From Acidobacteriota bacterium (GTDB lineage: Bacteria; Acidobacteriota; UBA6911), in the NCBI GenBank assembly GCA_031271905.1, contig JAISUT010000032.1, forward strand, positions 13,887 through 77,886: a stretch of 64,000 bases of DNA, read 5' to 3'. This document shows, in pieces, positions 31,679 to 41,111 of this stretch. A model generated the notes under the pieces. The model saw nothing but the letters and a program-made list of their open reading frames with translations, did no database searches and was not told where the DNA came from. Positions within the stretch are counted from its first letter, which is position 1. Every line of letters begins with the position of its first letter. The position numbers were made by a program, and so were the translations under genes.

Positions 31679-32074
31679 TCACTGCGCCACCGCAGCCTCG
31701 GCGAGGGCGGCGACGCGGTCGATCGCATCCACGAACTTCGGGACGTCTCCAGGCAGAGGCTTGGCGATGCGGAAGTCGTCGATGGAGCAGATGGACTGGA
31801 GCTCGTCGAAACGGAGCAGCGACGCCTCCAAGTCGTCGGGGAGCGGCGCGAAGGCGCGGCATTCCTCGACAAAGTCTCGCATGGTGTGGTTTTGCGGCAT
31901 CATCCCCCGACGTGTGAAAAAGGCCATGAAATATTTTTCAATTCCCATCGCCGCGATGTTCTGCACGATCTCGGGGGTGAACACCTGGGGGCGGCGCAAC
32001 GCGCCCCGCACGGTCTTGTGAAACCCCCGCCCTTCCTCAAGGAATTTTCGCCAAATTTCGCCCTCTCCGTCCAT
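31679..32074 (-). CDS. Hypothetical protein
   Basis: ORF with coherent composition; no recognisable motif; start chosen at MDGEGE. Confidence 0.35.
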   Translation of the reverse strand: MDGEGEIWRKFLEEGRGFHKTVRGALRRPQVFTPEIVQNIAAMGIEKYFMAFFTRRGMMPQNHTMRDFVEECRAFAPLPDDLEASLLRFDELQSICSIDDFRIAKPLPGDVPKFVDAIDRVAALAEAAVAQ

Positions 32075-32227
32075 CGTGCGCCCCACCCTTTCCAACCCGC
32101 CAGTCGTCCCCGCGCCTGCTCGGGCGCGCCGCACCCCCGGCTGATTTTAGCAACCGACATCATACCATATGCGCGCACGCCCCTTTTGCCGGCACATCCA
32201 GGATCGGTTCGAGACGAGGGAAGTTGT

Positions 32228-32276
32228 GGAAGTGAGCTCACTTGTTAAAAAGAAGTTAACAAATGAGCTCACTTCC
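32228..32276. promoter_or_regulatory. Near-perfect 21-bp inverted repeat with a 7-bp spacer (operator-like or RNA hairpin)
   Basis: ggaagtgagctcacttgttaa-aaagaag-ttaacaaatgagctcacttcc; one mismatch; each arm contains the palindrome agtgagctcact. Confidence 0.5.
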
Positions 32277-32647
32277 AGGGGTTCCCGGAAAAGCAACACC
32301 TTGCGCGTAAAAACCACATCTATTGCGACATCTATGCCTTACAAAGAATATTCGCGCGTTCGCGCCGATTGGCACGCTTCGTGCAATATATAAAAACGCA
32401 ACGTCGTCGCCGTCGGGAATCGGCTCGGGGTGAAGTAATTCGAGGGCATGGTCGGTTTCCGGCGGTCGGCGGCGTTGCACCAAGGCACACTACGCAAGCA
32501 AGCCTTTCACAAACGCCCCGTCATCACACCTGCCAACCCCACCGGGGCGGGTCGCCGCCGCACATACGGCACCCCGCCCCGCCCCACTATTTTTCAGATG
32601 GCGCGACCAGGCGTCCGCCCCCGTCTTTCGCGGCCTGGAAACCGGCG

Positions 32648-33250
32648 TCACGAACGGGGGCACCCGGCGAGGGGGATGCCCAGCCTGCGGCAGAGGCGGG
32701 CGAAGGACGAGACCGGGAACCCTACGACGTTGAAATAGCAGCCTTCGATGCGGTCGATGAAAAGCGAGGCGAAGCCTTGGATGCCGTAGCCCCCCGCCTT
32801 GTCGCGATACTCCCCCGTGTCCAGGTACCAGGAGATCTCGGCGGCGGACAGGCGCAGGAAATGGACGCGGGAGCAGGTGCAACAGGACGCCGTGCGCCGC
32901 GCCACAACGTCCGTCACGCACAAGCCGGTCAGGACTTCATGCCATCTGCCGCCCAGCTTGCGCATCATGGCTTCGGCTTCGGCGCGGTCGGCGGGCTTGC
33001 CCATGATCACGTCGTCCACGACCACGGCCGTGTCGGCGGCGACGACGCGGCTGTCAGGGTGACGCGCGACCACGCCCCCGGCCTTGGCGCGGGCAAGGCG
33101 GGTGACGTAACGGGCGGGGGTTTCGCGCGGCTTGCGCGGCGGTTCCGGGCCACGGCAGGGGTCGATGTCGAAATGCAGCCCCAGCCCCCGTAAAATCTCG
33201 TTGCGGCGCGGGGACGCCGAAGCCAGAACCCATGCTCCGTCTTTCGTCAC
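32648..33250 (-). CDS. maf: Maf-like nucleoside triphosphate pyrophosphatase
   Basis: VLASASPRRNEILRGLGL N-terminal motif; ~200 aa. Confidence 0.8.
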   Translation of the reverse strand: MTKDGAWVLASASPRRNEILRGLGLHFDIDPCRGPEPPRKPRETPARYVTRLARAKAGGVVARHPDSRVVAADTAVVVDDVIMGKPADRAEAEAMMRKLGGRWHEVLTGLCVTDVVARRTASCCTCSRVHFLRLSAAEISWYLDTGEYRDKAGGYGIQGFASLFIDRIEGCYFNVVGFPVSSFARLCRRLGIPLAGCPRS

Positions 33251-33386
33251 GACACATGCTCCGGGGTTTTGGGGCGCGACGGCTTGCCGACGCCCCCGCC
33301 TTTAAAAACAAGGGGGGGCCGCCCCGCATGAAAACAAAGGCGAGCCCCCGCACCGCTTCCAAGGACGCTTCGCGCCGCCCCGTGCG

Positions 33387-36300
33387 CTAGAACTGGTAGC
33401 GCACGGCGAACTGCAACTTGCGCGGGGTGCCCACGGTCGATGTGATGGTGCCGAACCCCGAGGAGCCCAGGTTCGCGTCGGGCAACCCGTAATGCGTCCT
33501 GTTCATGACGTTGTAAGCTTCCAACCTGACTTGTATGGCCTGGCTCTCCCGGACGCGGAAGCTCTTATGCATCGAGATGTCGATGTTGAAGTATCGCGGC
33601 CCGGCGAAGGCGTTCCTTTCCGACGTCCCGGAGACGCCCGCCTCGGGCGCGTTGAACTGGCTCCCGGTAGTCGGATCGATCCAGTAAAGGATGCCGGTCT
33701 GGCTGTCCCTGTACAGCTCCCCGATTTTCGCCTCGCTGGTCCGATCCAGGTCGGCAAGGCCGTTCACGCCGGCGAACTGGTTCTCCATGCCGGATGTGAC
33801 GCTGAACCGCGCGCCGCTTTCATAGGTGCCCAGCATCCCGATGGTCCAGTTGGCGAGGAAGGCGTTGACCCATCCGGGCTGGTCGGTCTCCTCGTCCAAG
33901 TCCCGTCCGAAGGGGAGGGCGTAGCGCCACGCGAACGTGAAGACGTGGTTGCGGTGGAAGTCGCTGTACCCCTTGCCGGCCCCGAGGTTGAAGCTGTCCG
34001 CAGGGGCGACGTAGGATGCGCTCGATCCCGAGACGGTGTCCTTGGAGCGGCTCCAGGTGTAGAACGCCTTGAAGCCGTAGTTGGCCCCGGTCTTGCGGGC
34101 GCCCACACGCACCGCGTCGTACCACGAGTCGGCGGCGTTGGTGCCGTAGATGAACTGGTCGAACTGCGGGAAGTGCCGGATGTAGAAGTTCGCCTCGGAG
34201 GCGGCGACCGGGGAGTTGTAGGTGCCCGTGTCGAACACATATTGGTTGGTGGCGGGGTTGTAGGCGCGATCCAAGGCGTCCACGACCGCGCCGTACCGGT
34301 TGGCGCTGAAGTTATCCCCCTCCAGCGCGTTCAGCGCGGCAAGCGGCGTCCCGAAGATGTCGAGCAGGGCGTTGTTGGGCGAAAAGTTGTTACATGCCGT
34401 GGACGGGATGACGGAGTAGTCGCACTCCCGGTAGGAGCGCAGCTCCTGGAACGCCGTCAGCAGCTCCCCCGCGCTCTCCGCCCGGTTCTGGTTGAGGTTC
34501 AGGTATTGGAACAGCTTCGTGCCGCGGGTGCGGGAGTAGCCGACCTCCCACTGCAAGCCCGCCCACCTCCGCTCCAGCGTCGCGTGCATCTGGTGTACGC
34601 GCGGCGTCTTGAGGTTGTCGTCCAAGATGGCGATGTTGCGGGCGCGCCGCCCCTCCGGGTCGCTCAAGACGGACGTCGAGGCGGCGGTCAGTTGCGTCGC
34701 CGTGACAGGGATGGAGTAGGCGGCGTCGAAAAGCTGCGGGGCGCCGCAATTCTCCGCCGCGTCGGTCGAGTACGGGAGGCAGGTGACGCTCTGTTCAAAG
34801 CCGTAGCTGTTGCGGTCGATGAAGTTCACGACGCCGCTGCCGAGCTGGTCGTAATAGATGCCGTAGGCGGCGCGCACTACGGTCGAGCCGTCCCCATAGG
34901 CGTCCCAAGCCAGCCCCACGCGCGGCGCGAAATTCAGCTTGTCGCTCTTGTACCAGACGCCCTTCACGACGCGGAAGTCGCCGATGTTCGCGATGCCGCC
35001 CAGGTCGCTTCCCGAACCGATGTCGCCCGCCTTGTCAAGCCGGCTCTGGTAGCCGTTGGACTCCTTGGGCGCGGTGAAAAGCTCGTAGCGCACGCCGAGG
35101 TTCAGGGTGACGTTCGGCTTGACCTTCCAGTCGTCCTGGACAAAGCCGCTCAACGCCCATGAGGTGAACCGCCGCTCGCGCGCCGAGCCGGCGGGGAGCC
35201 AGCCCGAACGGTCGGCGTTGGCGTAGAACGTCTGGCTCACGCTCTCCACGCGACCGGTCATGGTGTTGTAGAGGTGCTCGAAAAGCGTCCTGCCGTCGGC
35301 GGAGATCGGGAGGATGTCGTCGGCGGTGATGACGGTCCCGTTCGTGTTGACGCCGGTCGTGAGCGGCCCGATGTTCGCCGGAGCGGCGCCGTTCGAGTTG
35401 CCGAAGGTCACGGTCGGGTACGCGCCGCTGTAATCGGTGCTGCCGAACGTCGTCCGGCGCAGGGAGAAGCCGTATTTGAAGGCGTGGACGTTCCTCGAAT
35501 GGGAGAAGGTGTCCGAGACCTCGAACGCCGGGAAGCGGTACGACTTGGGGTACGACGGGTTCAACGGGTCGGTCCACACGGCGGAGTAAGGCATAGCGCT
35601 TGCGGCGCGGTCGGGACGTTCGTAGTCGGCGTCCGTCCGCACATAGCCCACGCGCAGCTCGTTGACCATGGTCGGGCTCAGGACGTAGTCCGAGCCGACG
35701 GTGATGCCGAAGTCGTTGGTCTTGAACAGGCCGGAGTTCAGCCCCGGATAAGCCGCGTCCGCGCCGTTCTGCGTGTCGGTGGCGTCGGTGCGGCTCCAGT
35801 TGACGCGGGCGAAGATGTGGTGCCTGGCGTCGATGTCGTGATCGACGCGGACGTCCGCCCTGTGCTGGTGATAGTGCGTGTCGCCGTTGAACTCGTATCC
35901 GGCCGTGTTGACGCCGTCGCCGATGCGGTAGTTGTTGGCGACCGGCATCAGGTCGATGACGCTTTGCGCCGCCGCGCCGACGGGGATGTTGAACTTCTGG
36001 ACCGTGTCGTCGTCGAAGGTCGTCTCGTTGGGCGCGTACCAGCGGAACACGCCCAGGCGGGCGACGTCGGTCTCGTCGGTGTCGCCGGTCAGCACCAGCC
36101 GGTTGCGGTAGACCTGCTGCTCGTTCCTCACGCCCTCATAGCTGCCGAATATGGCGGTCTTCGAGGTCAAGCGCCCGGAGACGACTCCGCCGAAGATGTT
36201 GCGCATCGCCTCCGGGCGGTCGAGGTCGCCCGTGTCGGCGAAATGCCCGGTGGCGTCCAGGTGGTGGGAGTTGAAGTAGTCGTAAAAGTTGCCCGTCCAC

Positions 36301-37004
36301 TTCGCCGCGCCCTGGCGGGAGGTCAAGACCACCTGCGCCCCCGCGCCGCCGTATGCCGCACCCGCGTTCGAGGTGATGACTTGCACGTCGGAAACCGCGT
36401 CGATGTTGATCGGGAGCAGGGAGCGCCCGATGCCGGGGGAGAGCGGGGCCGTCTCCGTCAGGCCGTCGCGCGTCAGGGTCGCCATGGTCGGCAGGGTGCC
36501 GTTCACGGCGGAGGCGGCCTCGTTGCCGCCGTCGATCTGCACGCCGGGCTGGACGGTCGCCAACGCCAGCGGGTTGCGATCCAGCAAGGGGTAGTCTTGC
36601 AGGTCGCGCCAGCCGAAGGCGTCCGCGAGGTCGGAGTCGAGCGTCCGGGGGCGTTCCACCGGGCCGACCTCGTTGTCGATGGCGGCGACCTCGAAGCTGA
36701 TGTTGAGCGCGGCGCCGCCGGGGACGAGGATGTGGACGTTCCGTTGCACGACATCCTTGAACCCTTGGGCTTTGGCGGTGACGGTGTAGGCGCCGGGCTG
36801 CAACACCATGAAGCGGTAGTAGCCGTCGCTGTCGCTAACGGTCTCGGCGCGCCGGCCGGTGGCGTCATCGACGGCGGAGAGCGCGACCCCCGGCAACGGG
36901 TTCCCGGCAGGATCCCACACGATCCCCTCCAAGTGCAACGAACCCGTCTGCGCCGCAAGCGGCATGCACGTCATGCCCCACAACACCGCCAATCCGACGG
37001 CCAT
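33387..37004 (-). CDS. TonB-dependent receptor-like outer-membrane protein with an N-terminal carboxypeptidase-regulatory-like domain
   Basis: Signal peptide; CarbopepD_reg-like N-terminus (GIVWDPAGNPLPGVALSAVDDATGRRAETVSDSDGYYRF); ~1200 aa; C-terminal ...AVRYQF ending in Phe. Confidence 0.7.
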   Translation of the reverse strand: MAVGLAVLWGMTCMPLAAQTGSLHLEGIVWDPAGNPLPGVALSAVDDATGRRAETVSDSDGYYRFMVLQPGAYTVTAKAQGFKDVVQRNVHILVPGGAALNISFEVAAIDNEVGPVERPRTLDSDLADAFGWRDLQDYPLLDRNPLALATVQPGVQIDGGNEAASAVNGTLPTMATLTRDGLTETAPLSPGIGRSLLPINIDAVSDVQVITSNAGAAYGGAGAQVVLTSRQGAAKWTGNFYDYFNSHHLDATGHFADTGDLDRPEAMRNIFGGVVSGRLTSKTAIFGSYEGVRNEQQVYRNRLVLTGDTDETDVARLGVFRWYAPNETTFDDDTVQKFNIPVGAAAQSVIDLMPVANNYRIGDGVNTAGYEFNGDTHYHQHRADVRVDHDIDARHHIFARVNWSRTDATDTQNGADAAYPGLNSGLFKTNDFGITVGSDYVLSPTMVNELRVGYVRTDADYERPDRAASAMPYSAVWTDPLNPSYPKSYRFPAFEVSDTFSHSRNVHAFKYGFSLRRTTFGSTDYSGAYPTVTFGNSNGAAPANIGPLTTGVNTNGTVITADDILPISADGRTLFEHLYNTMTGRVESVSQTFYANADRSGWLPAGSARERRFTSWALSGFVQDDWKVKPNVTLNLGVRYELFTAPKESNGYQSRLDKAGDIGSGSDLGGIANIGDFRVVKGVWYKSDKLNFAPRVGLAWDAYGDGSTVVRAAYGIYYDQLGSGVVNFIDRNSYGFEQSVTCLPYSTDAAENCGAPQLFDAAYSIPVTATQLTAASTSVLSDPEGRRARNIAILDDNLKTPRVHQMHATLERRWAGLQWEVGYSRTRGTKLFQYLNLNQNRAESAGELLTAFQELRSYRECDYSVIPSTACNNFSPNNALLDIFGTPLAALNALEGDNFSANRYGAVVDALDRAYNPATNQYVFDTGTYNSPVAASEANFYIRHFPQFDQFIYGTNAADSWYDAVRVGARKTGANYGFKAFYTWSRSKDTVSGSSASYVAPADSFNLGAGKGYSDFHRNHVFTFAWRYALPFGRDLDEETDQPGWVNAFLANWTIGMLGTYESGARFSVTSGMENQFAGVNGLADLDRTSEAKIGELYRDSQTGILYWIDPTTGSQFNAPEAGVSGTSERNAFAGPRYFNIDISMHKSFRVRESQAIQVRLEAYNVMNRTHYGLPDANLGSSGFGTITSTVGTPRKLQFAVRYQF

Positions 37005-37349
37005 GATGGAAACCCCGATGGGACAATGGATGAATCGGCTACCGGATCGGATCACCCCGCACCTCCTGAACCTGAAAGAATCAATCAACGCAAACCACGC
37101 AACCGACGCAGACCACATACGAACACCGCATCGGCGATGCGCCCGGATTCCCCGTGAGCACGTAATTGTACATTAACGCCCCCCATTGTCGATAGTTGCA
37201 ATTTATTGTCGCTGTGATGGCGGCCTTATCGCATCGGCGTCTTCCGGGATGGCGGGGATGTGCGCACGGCGGCGCTTGCCGCCCCTGTACGAAAAGCGGC
37301 GGCTCGCCCCTCGGCTCGCCGCCGCATCGGTGTCGTCACGCCACCGGCG

Positions 37350-37850
37350 TCACTGCCCCGGGTCCCGCCTCTGCTCCGGGTCCCGCCCCCCGCGCTGCTG
37401 CCAAGGCGGGGGCGGCGGGCCGAAGCCGCGTTCGCCGTGAGGGCCGGCGCCGCGCCCTTCCCCGCGCCCTTCCCCGCCCCGCCGTTTTTCCACGTCGACA
37501 AGGAAAGCATCCAGCTTCGCCTTTTGCGCATCGTCCAAGATGCCGTGTATCTTCTTGTTGGTCTCATCGATGACTGCATCGATCTTCGACCGCTGCTCCA
37601 GGCGCAGGGCGTCCAGCCGTTGCCTCGACTCCGCCATGATCGCCTCGAAACGGGACTCCTGTTCGGAGGACATGTCCAGCAACTCCGGCAGGCGCACCCT
37701 GGGCGGGGGCGGTTGCGGCGCGCCCAAGGAGGCAGGCGTCGAGCCTGCGGCGCGCCTGCCGTACCGGATCCAGGTGCCCGCCGCGCCGATCAGGCAACCC
37801 AATGCCAAGACCGCGACCAAGACGGCAATCGCCCGCGTCCGTTCCCTCAC
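37350..37850 (-). CDS. Periplasmic LTXXQ-motif (Spy/CpxP-like) protein
   Basis: TM/signal anchor followed by a helical region with RLDALRLEQRSKIDAV-type motifs; GTG start overlapping the anti-sigma stop (GTGA); the ORF-track N-terminal extension is rejected. Confidence 0.5.
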   Translation of the reverse strand: MRERTRAIAVLVAVLALGCLIGAAGTWIRYGRRAAGSTPASLGAPQPPPPRVRLPELLDMSSEQESRFEAIMAESRQRLDALRLEQRSKIDAVIDETNKKIHGILDDAQKAKLDAFLVDVEKRRGGEGRGEGRGAGPHGERGFGPPPPPWQQRGGRDPEQRRDPGQ

Positions 37851-38320
37851 CACACCCCTCCCCCTTGCACCAGGGTCAACGCGAACTCGGTGTCGCTGCT
37901 GGTCAGCAACGTCTCCGCCAGGTTGGCGGCATCGGCCTGGTTCAGCAATTTCTCGTATTCGTACTCCTTGGCCTGCCCGACGCCGGGGGCGAACCAGAGC
38001 AGGGCGCAAAGGACGAGCGTCGTGCCGAATGCGAGGAAGGCCAACCGGGGCCGGAACCAGGATGCCAGCAACCCGTCCCAAGAGGCGTCGGCCGCCAAGG
38101 CGGCGACCTGCCCGAACGCCCGCCGGGCGATGCGATCCGCCAAATCCACGGTTTGGACGGTCTCCCGCCGCAACGCCGAGACCACGTTGTCCAGCAACGC
38201 CATCCGCGTCCGGCAATATTCGCAAACGGCCAGATGGCGCTTGAAGCCCTCCCGTTGCGAGCCGTCCAGTTCCCCGTCGCGATAGCGATCCAGCAATTCA
38301 CATCCGTGGGTCTTGTCCAT
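37847..38320 (-). CDS. Zinc-finger (ZAS) anti-sigma factor
   Basis: HLAVCEYC HxxxCxxC motif; single TM; lies 7 bp downstream of the ECF sigma gene. Confidence 0.6.
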   Translation of the reverse strand: MDKTHGCELLDRYRDGELDGSQREGFKRHLAVCEYCRTRMALLDNVVSALRRETVQTVDLADRIARRAFGQVAALAADASWDGLLASWFRPRLAFLAFGTTLVLCALLWFAPGVGQAKEYEYEKLLNQADAANLAETLLTSSDTEFALTLVQGGGVW

Positions 38321-38327
38321 AGCCTTA

Positions 38328-38927
38328 TCAGCGCCCCCTTTCCCCGCGACCAGCCCGCCAAGCGTTGAACTTCTTCTGCAACTCGGATCGCGCCCGGGAG
38401 ACGCGTACCCTCGCGGTGACCTCCGACGTCCCCAGTATCTTTGCGACTTCGCCGTACTCCCGCTCCTCCACCTCCCGCAGGACGAACGCCGCCTTGTATT
38501 TCGGATTCAGCCCGTTCACCAGCGTCTGCGCGATTTCGGCATACCCGTCCACGTCCCTAGCCCCCGTCGAATCCCGGGCGTCCTCGCCGGAGAAGTCGCG
38601 CAACAGCCGCTCCTGCTCCAACTCCCCCAACTCCGACCACAAACGGGTCTTCATGTTTTTGCGCTTTCGCAACTGGTCGATGCAGTAGTTGGTCGCGATG
38701 CGCAAGACCCAGGGGCCGAAGGGATAGCGCGGGTCGAACTTCCCGAGCGCGGAGAACGCCCTGAGGAACGTCTCCTGCACGGCGTCCTCCCAATCGGGGG
38801 AGGCGCCCAGCAGGCGGCGCACCACCCCGCAGACCGCCCCCTGGTACCGGCGAACCAGTTCGGCGAAAGCCTGCTCGTCGCCTCCGAGCGCCTTTTCGAT
38901 CAGAACCGCATCCGTCGCATCCATCAT
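38328..38927 (-). CDS. ECF RNA polymerase sigma factor
   Basis: Sigma-70 region 2 (FAELVRRYQGAVCGVVRRLL...WEDAVQETFLRAF) and region 4 (YGEVAKILGTSEVTARVRVSRARSEL). Confidence 0.85.
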   Translation of the reverse strand: MMDATDAVLIEKALGGDEQAFAELVRRYQGAVCGVVRRLLGASPDWEDAVQETFLRAFSALGKFDPRYPFGPWVLRIATNYCIDQLRKRKNMKTRLWSELGELEQERLLRDFSGEDARDSTGARDVDGYAEIAQTLVNGLNPKYKAAFVLREVEEREYGEVAKILGTSEVTARVRVSRARSELQKKFNAWRAGRGERGR

Positions 38928-39020
38928 GCCCGTTATCTGTTACGGAAAAAATCGGAATTGTTACAAAGGCACCGAAAACCATTCCGAAAAAAGACTCCGG
39001 GCGCAAAGACCGGCAAAAGG

Positions 39021-39437
39021 TCAATAATGGGGGTGGAGATGTTTTTTGACGATGCCGCGGATGGGGCCCGAAAGATCCTTCCATTCGACGGTGCCGTTCT
39101 TCTTGACCATGATCAGCTCCGGTTGCAACGTGACCTCTTCCACCCCCGGCAACTCGAACAGGCTGCGCACCAACCCGTCGTCGGTGACGGGGATCTCGAG
39201 CCGGCTCCGGTACAGCCGCGTCGTCTCGGCGATGTGGAACCCCTCGAGGTAGTACACGGCGATGTTGTCGTTGGTGTTTTCCGAGGATATGCCCGGCTCG
39301 ACGACCTCGATGTCGTCCGCAGGCGCGGTGAGTTGGACATAGACGACCACGCAGATCGCGCCCAAGACGACGATCAGCCCGAGCAGGAACAGGAGGTTGG
39401 AGAATTCGTATCCCTTGAGGCTCTTTGCCTTGCCCAT
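39021..39437 (-). CDS. Membrane-anchored Nfu_N-domain protein
   Basis: N-terminal TM helix; C-terminal region resembling the Nfu/NifU N-terminal scaffold domain (SLFELPGVEEVTLQPELIMVKKNGTVEWKDL); strong GGGAGGTG Shine-Dalgarno sequence upstream of the 39437 ATG. Confidence 0.5.
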   Translation of the reverse strand: MGKAKSLKGYEFSNLLFLLGLIVVLGAICVVVYVQLTAPADDIEVVEPGISSENTNDNIAVYYLEGFHIAETTRLYRSRLEIPVTDDGLVRSLFELPGVEEVTLQPELIMVKKNGTVEWKDLSGPIRGIVKKHLHPHY

Positions 39438-39576
39438 CCCCACCTCCCTTTGCCCGCCTAGTTGAGCCTGTCTATAAAACATCGTCGGCTTGGTCCGACG
39501 GCGGTTTTTGGTCAAACCGCCGTTTGCCGCACCATATCCCGGAACCCGCACCTATGGGCAGGTTCCGGTTATGCCG

Positions 39577-40812
39577 CTATTCGTAACGCAAGCATTCGAT
39601 CGGGTCGAGGTTGGACGCCTGGATGGCCGGATAGATCCCGAAGATCAATCCGATGACCGAACTGACGCCGAAGGAGAGCACCACGGAGCTGGCGGTGACG
39701 ATCGTGCTCCAGCCGGAGAAGAACGACACCGCCTTGGATATGCCGTAGCCCAGCCCCACCCCGATGAGGCCGCCCGCGAAGCTGATGGCGATGGCCTCCG
39801 CCATGAACTGCACCCGGATGTCCATCTTCTTGGCCCCGATGGCGCGCCGCAGGCCGATCTCGTTCGTCCGTTCCAAGACCGACGCCAGCATGATGTTCAT
39901 GATGCCGATGCCGCCGACCAGCAGCGAGATGCTGGCGATGGCGCCCATGACGATGTTGAAGATGCCCTGCGTCTTCTGGTTCTGCTCCAGCAGCTTCTCC
40001 GGCACCACGATGGAGTAGTCGTCCACGTAGTTGTGCATCGCCGACATGAGGTTGGTGACCGTGGACGCCTGCTCCTTGATCTCGGCGTCGTCGCCGATCA
40101 TGATGACGATCTCGTTCAGCTCGTTCTCCACGTCCTCCGTGTCGAACTTGCGTATCGCCGTCGTGATGGGGATGTAGATGTCGTTGTTGGGGTTCTGCAC
40201 CTTGACCCCCTCGAACTCCTGCTTTTCCACCACCGCGTCGCCCAGAACGCCGACCACCGTCAGCCAGATGTCGTTCACCTTGATCTGCTTGCCCAGCACG
40301 TCGCCGAAGCCGAACAGCTTCTGCTTGGCGGTCATGCCGAGGACGCAGACCTGGGCGTTGTCGGTCTCGTCCTGCGCGGTGAAAAACGCCCCCTGCAATA
40401 TCTTCAGGTTCTGGATGACCGGGTAGGTGCTGCTGACGCCGAGCACGCGGCTGTCGCTGCGCGCCGTATCCGAGTTGATCTGGTAGGTCTTCAATATCCG
40501 CGAAGCGGTGATCGTCGGCTTCGGCTTCAGGACGTTCGACAGGGCCTCCACGTCGCGCATGCTGACCCCCAGCGACTCGGTGCGGATCTGCCGGAGCTCC
40601 TCCGTCTTGAAGTCCTTGGCCTGGATGATGATGTTGCGGATGCCGAAGCTGGCGATGGTGCGAAGGCTCTCCTCCTCAGCGCCCGCCCCGATCGAAAGCA
40701 TCGCGATCACGGCCCCGACCCCGAAGATCATGCCGAGCATCGTCAGGAAAGACCGCAGCTTGTGTCTGCCCAGGCTCGCCAGGGCGCCTACCATTGTCTC
40801 CATCGCTACCAT
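39577..40812 (-). CDS. ABC transporter permease, FtsX/MacB-type, with no fused ATPase
   Basis: MacB periplasmic core domain plus four-TM FtsX pattern; 411 aa, so permease only. Confidence 0.8.
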   Translation of the reverse strand: MVAMETMVGALASLGRHKLRSFLTMLGMIFGVGAVIAMLSIGAGAEEESLRTIASFGIRNIIIQAKDFKTEELRQIRTESLGVSMRDVEALSNVLKPKPTITASRILKTYQINSDTARSDSRVLGVSSTYPVIQNLKILQGAFFTAQDETDNAQVCVLGMTAKQKLFGFGDVLGKQIKVNDIWLTVVGVLGDAVVEKQEFEGVKVQNPNNDIYIPITTAIRKFDTEDVENELNEIVIMIGDDAEIKEQASTVTNLMSAMHNYVDDYSIVVPEKLLEQNQKTQGIFNIVMGAIASISLLVGGIGIMNIMLASVLERTNEIGLRRAIGAKKMDIRVQFMAEAIAISFAGGLIGVGLGYGISKAVSFFSGWSTIVTASSVVLSFGVSSVIGLIFGIYPAIQASNLDPIECLRYE

Positions 40813-40836
40813 AGAAAATCAGGCCTCGTCTCATTC

Positions 40837-40956
40837 GGGAACCTCTAAAAACCCCGGACGCTGCGTTGCGCCTTGATCGAAAATGCTCATTTACCCCGGT
40901 AAACTCCGCTTTTCGACCTGCGGCAGACGCATTGTCTGCGAGCTTTTTAGAGGTTC
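40837..40956 (+). repeat. MITE/REP-like element, long form (copy I)
   Basis: gggaaCCTCTAAAAACCCCGGACGCTGCGTTGCGCCTTGATCGAAAATGCTCATTTACCCCGGTAAACTCCGCTTTTCGACCTGCGGCAGACGCATTGTCTGCGAGCTTTTTAGAGGttctc; lies between HlyD gene 3 and the permease. Confidence 0.9.
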
Positions 40957-41111
40957 TCATTAATCAGAACAATCGCAAGGCAGGTTCGGAAACCGACCCG
41001 CCACCCGCTCGGCGCGGGCGGTCGGCGGGGGCGGCACCCGCCGGAACGAAGCGCCGCCCCCGCCTTCTTCACGACTTCACGACAACCGCAAGGCGCGGCG
41101 CGCCATCCGCG

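Noticed and set aside
37350-38225. The ORF-track 291-aa version of the LTXXQ protein
   Set aside because: Its N-terminal 125 aa overlap the ZAS anti-sigma gene in another frame and are Arg/Gly-rich. A GTG at 37850 overlapping the anti-sigma stop gives a sensible TM-plus-periplasmic protein.
39577-40812. A full MacB (fused ATPase-permease) call
   Set aside because: The protein is only 411 aa and begins directly with the TM1/periplasmic-domain pattern. No Walker A or ABC signature is present, so it is permease-only.
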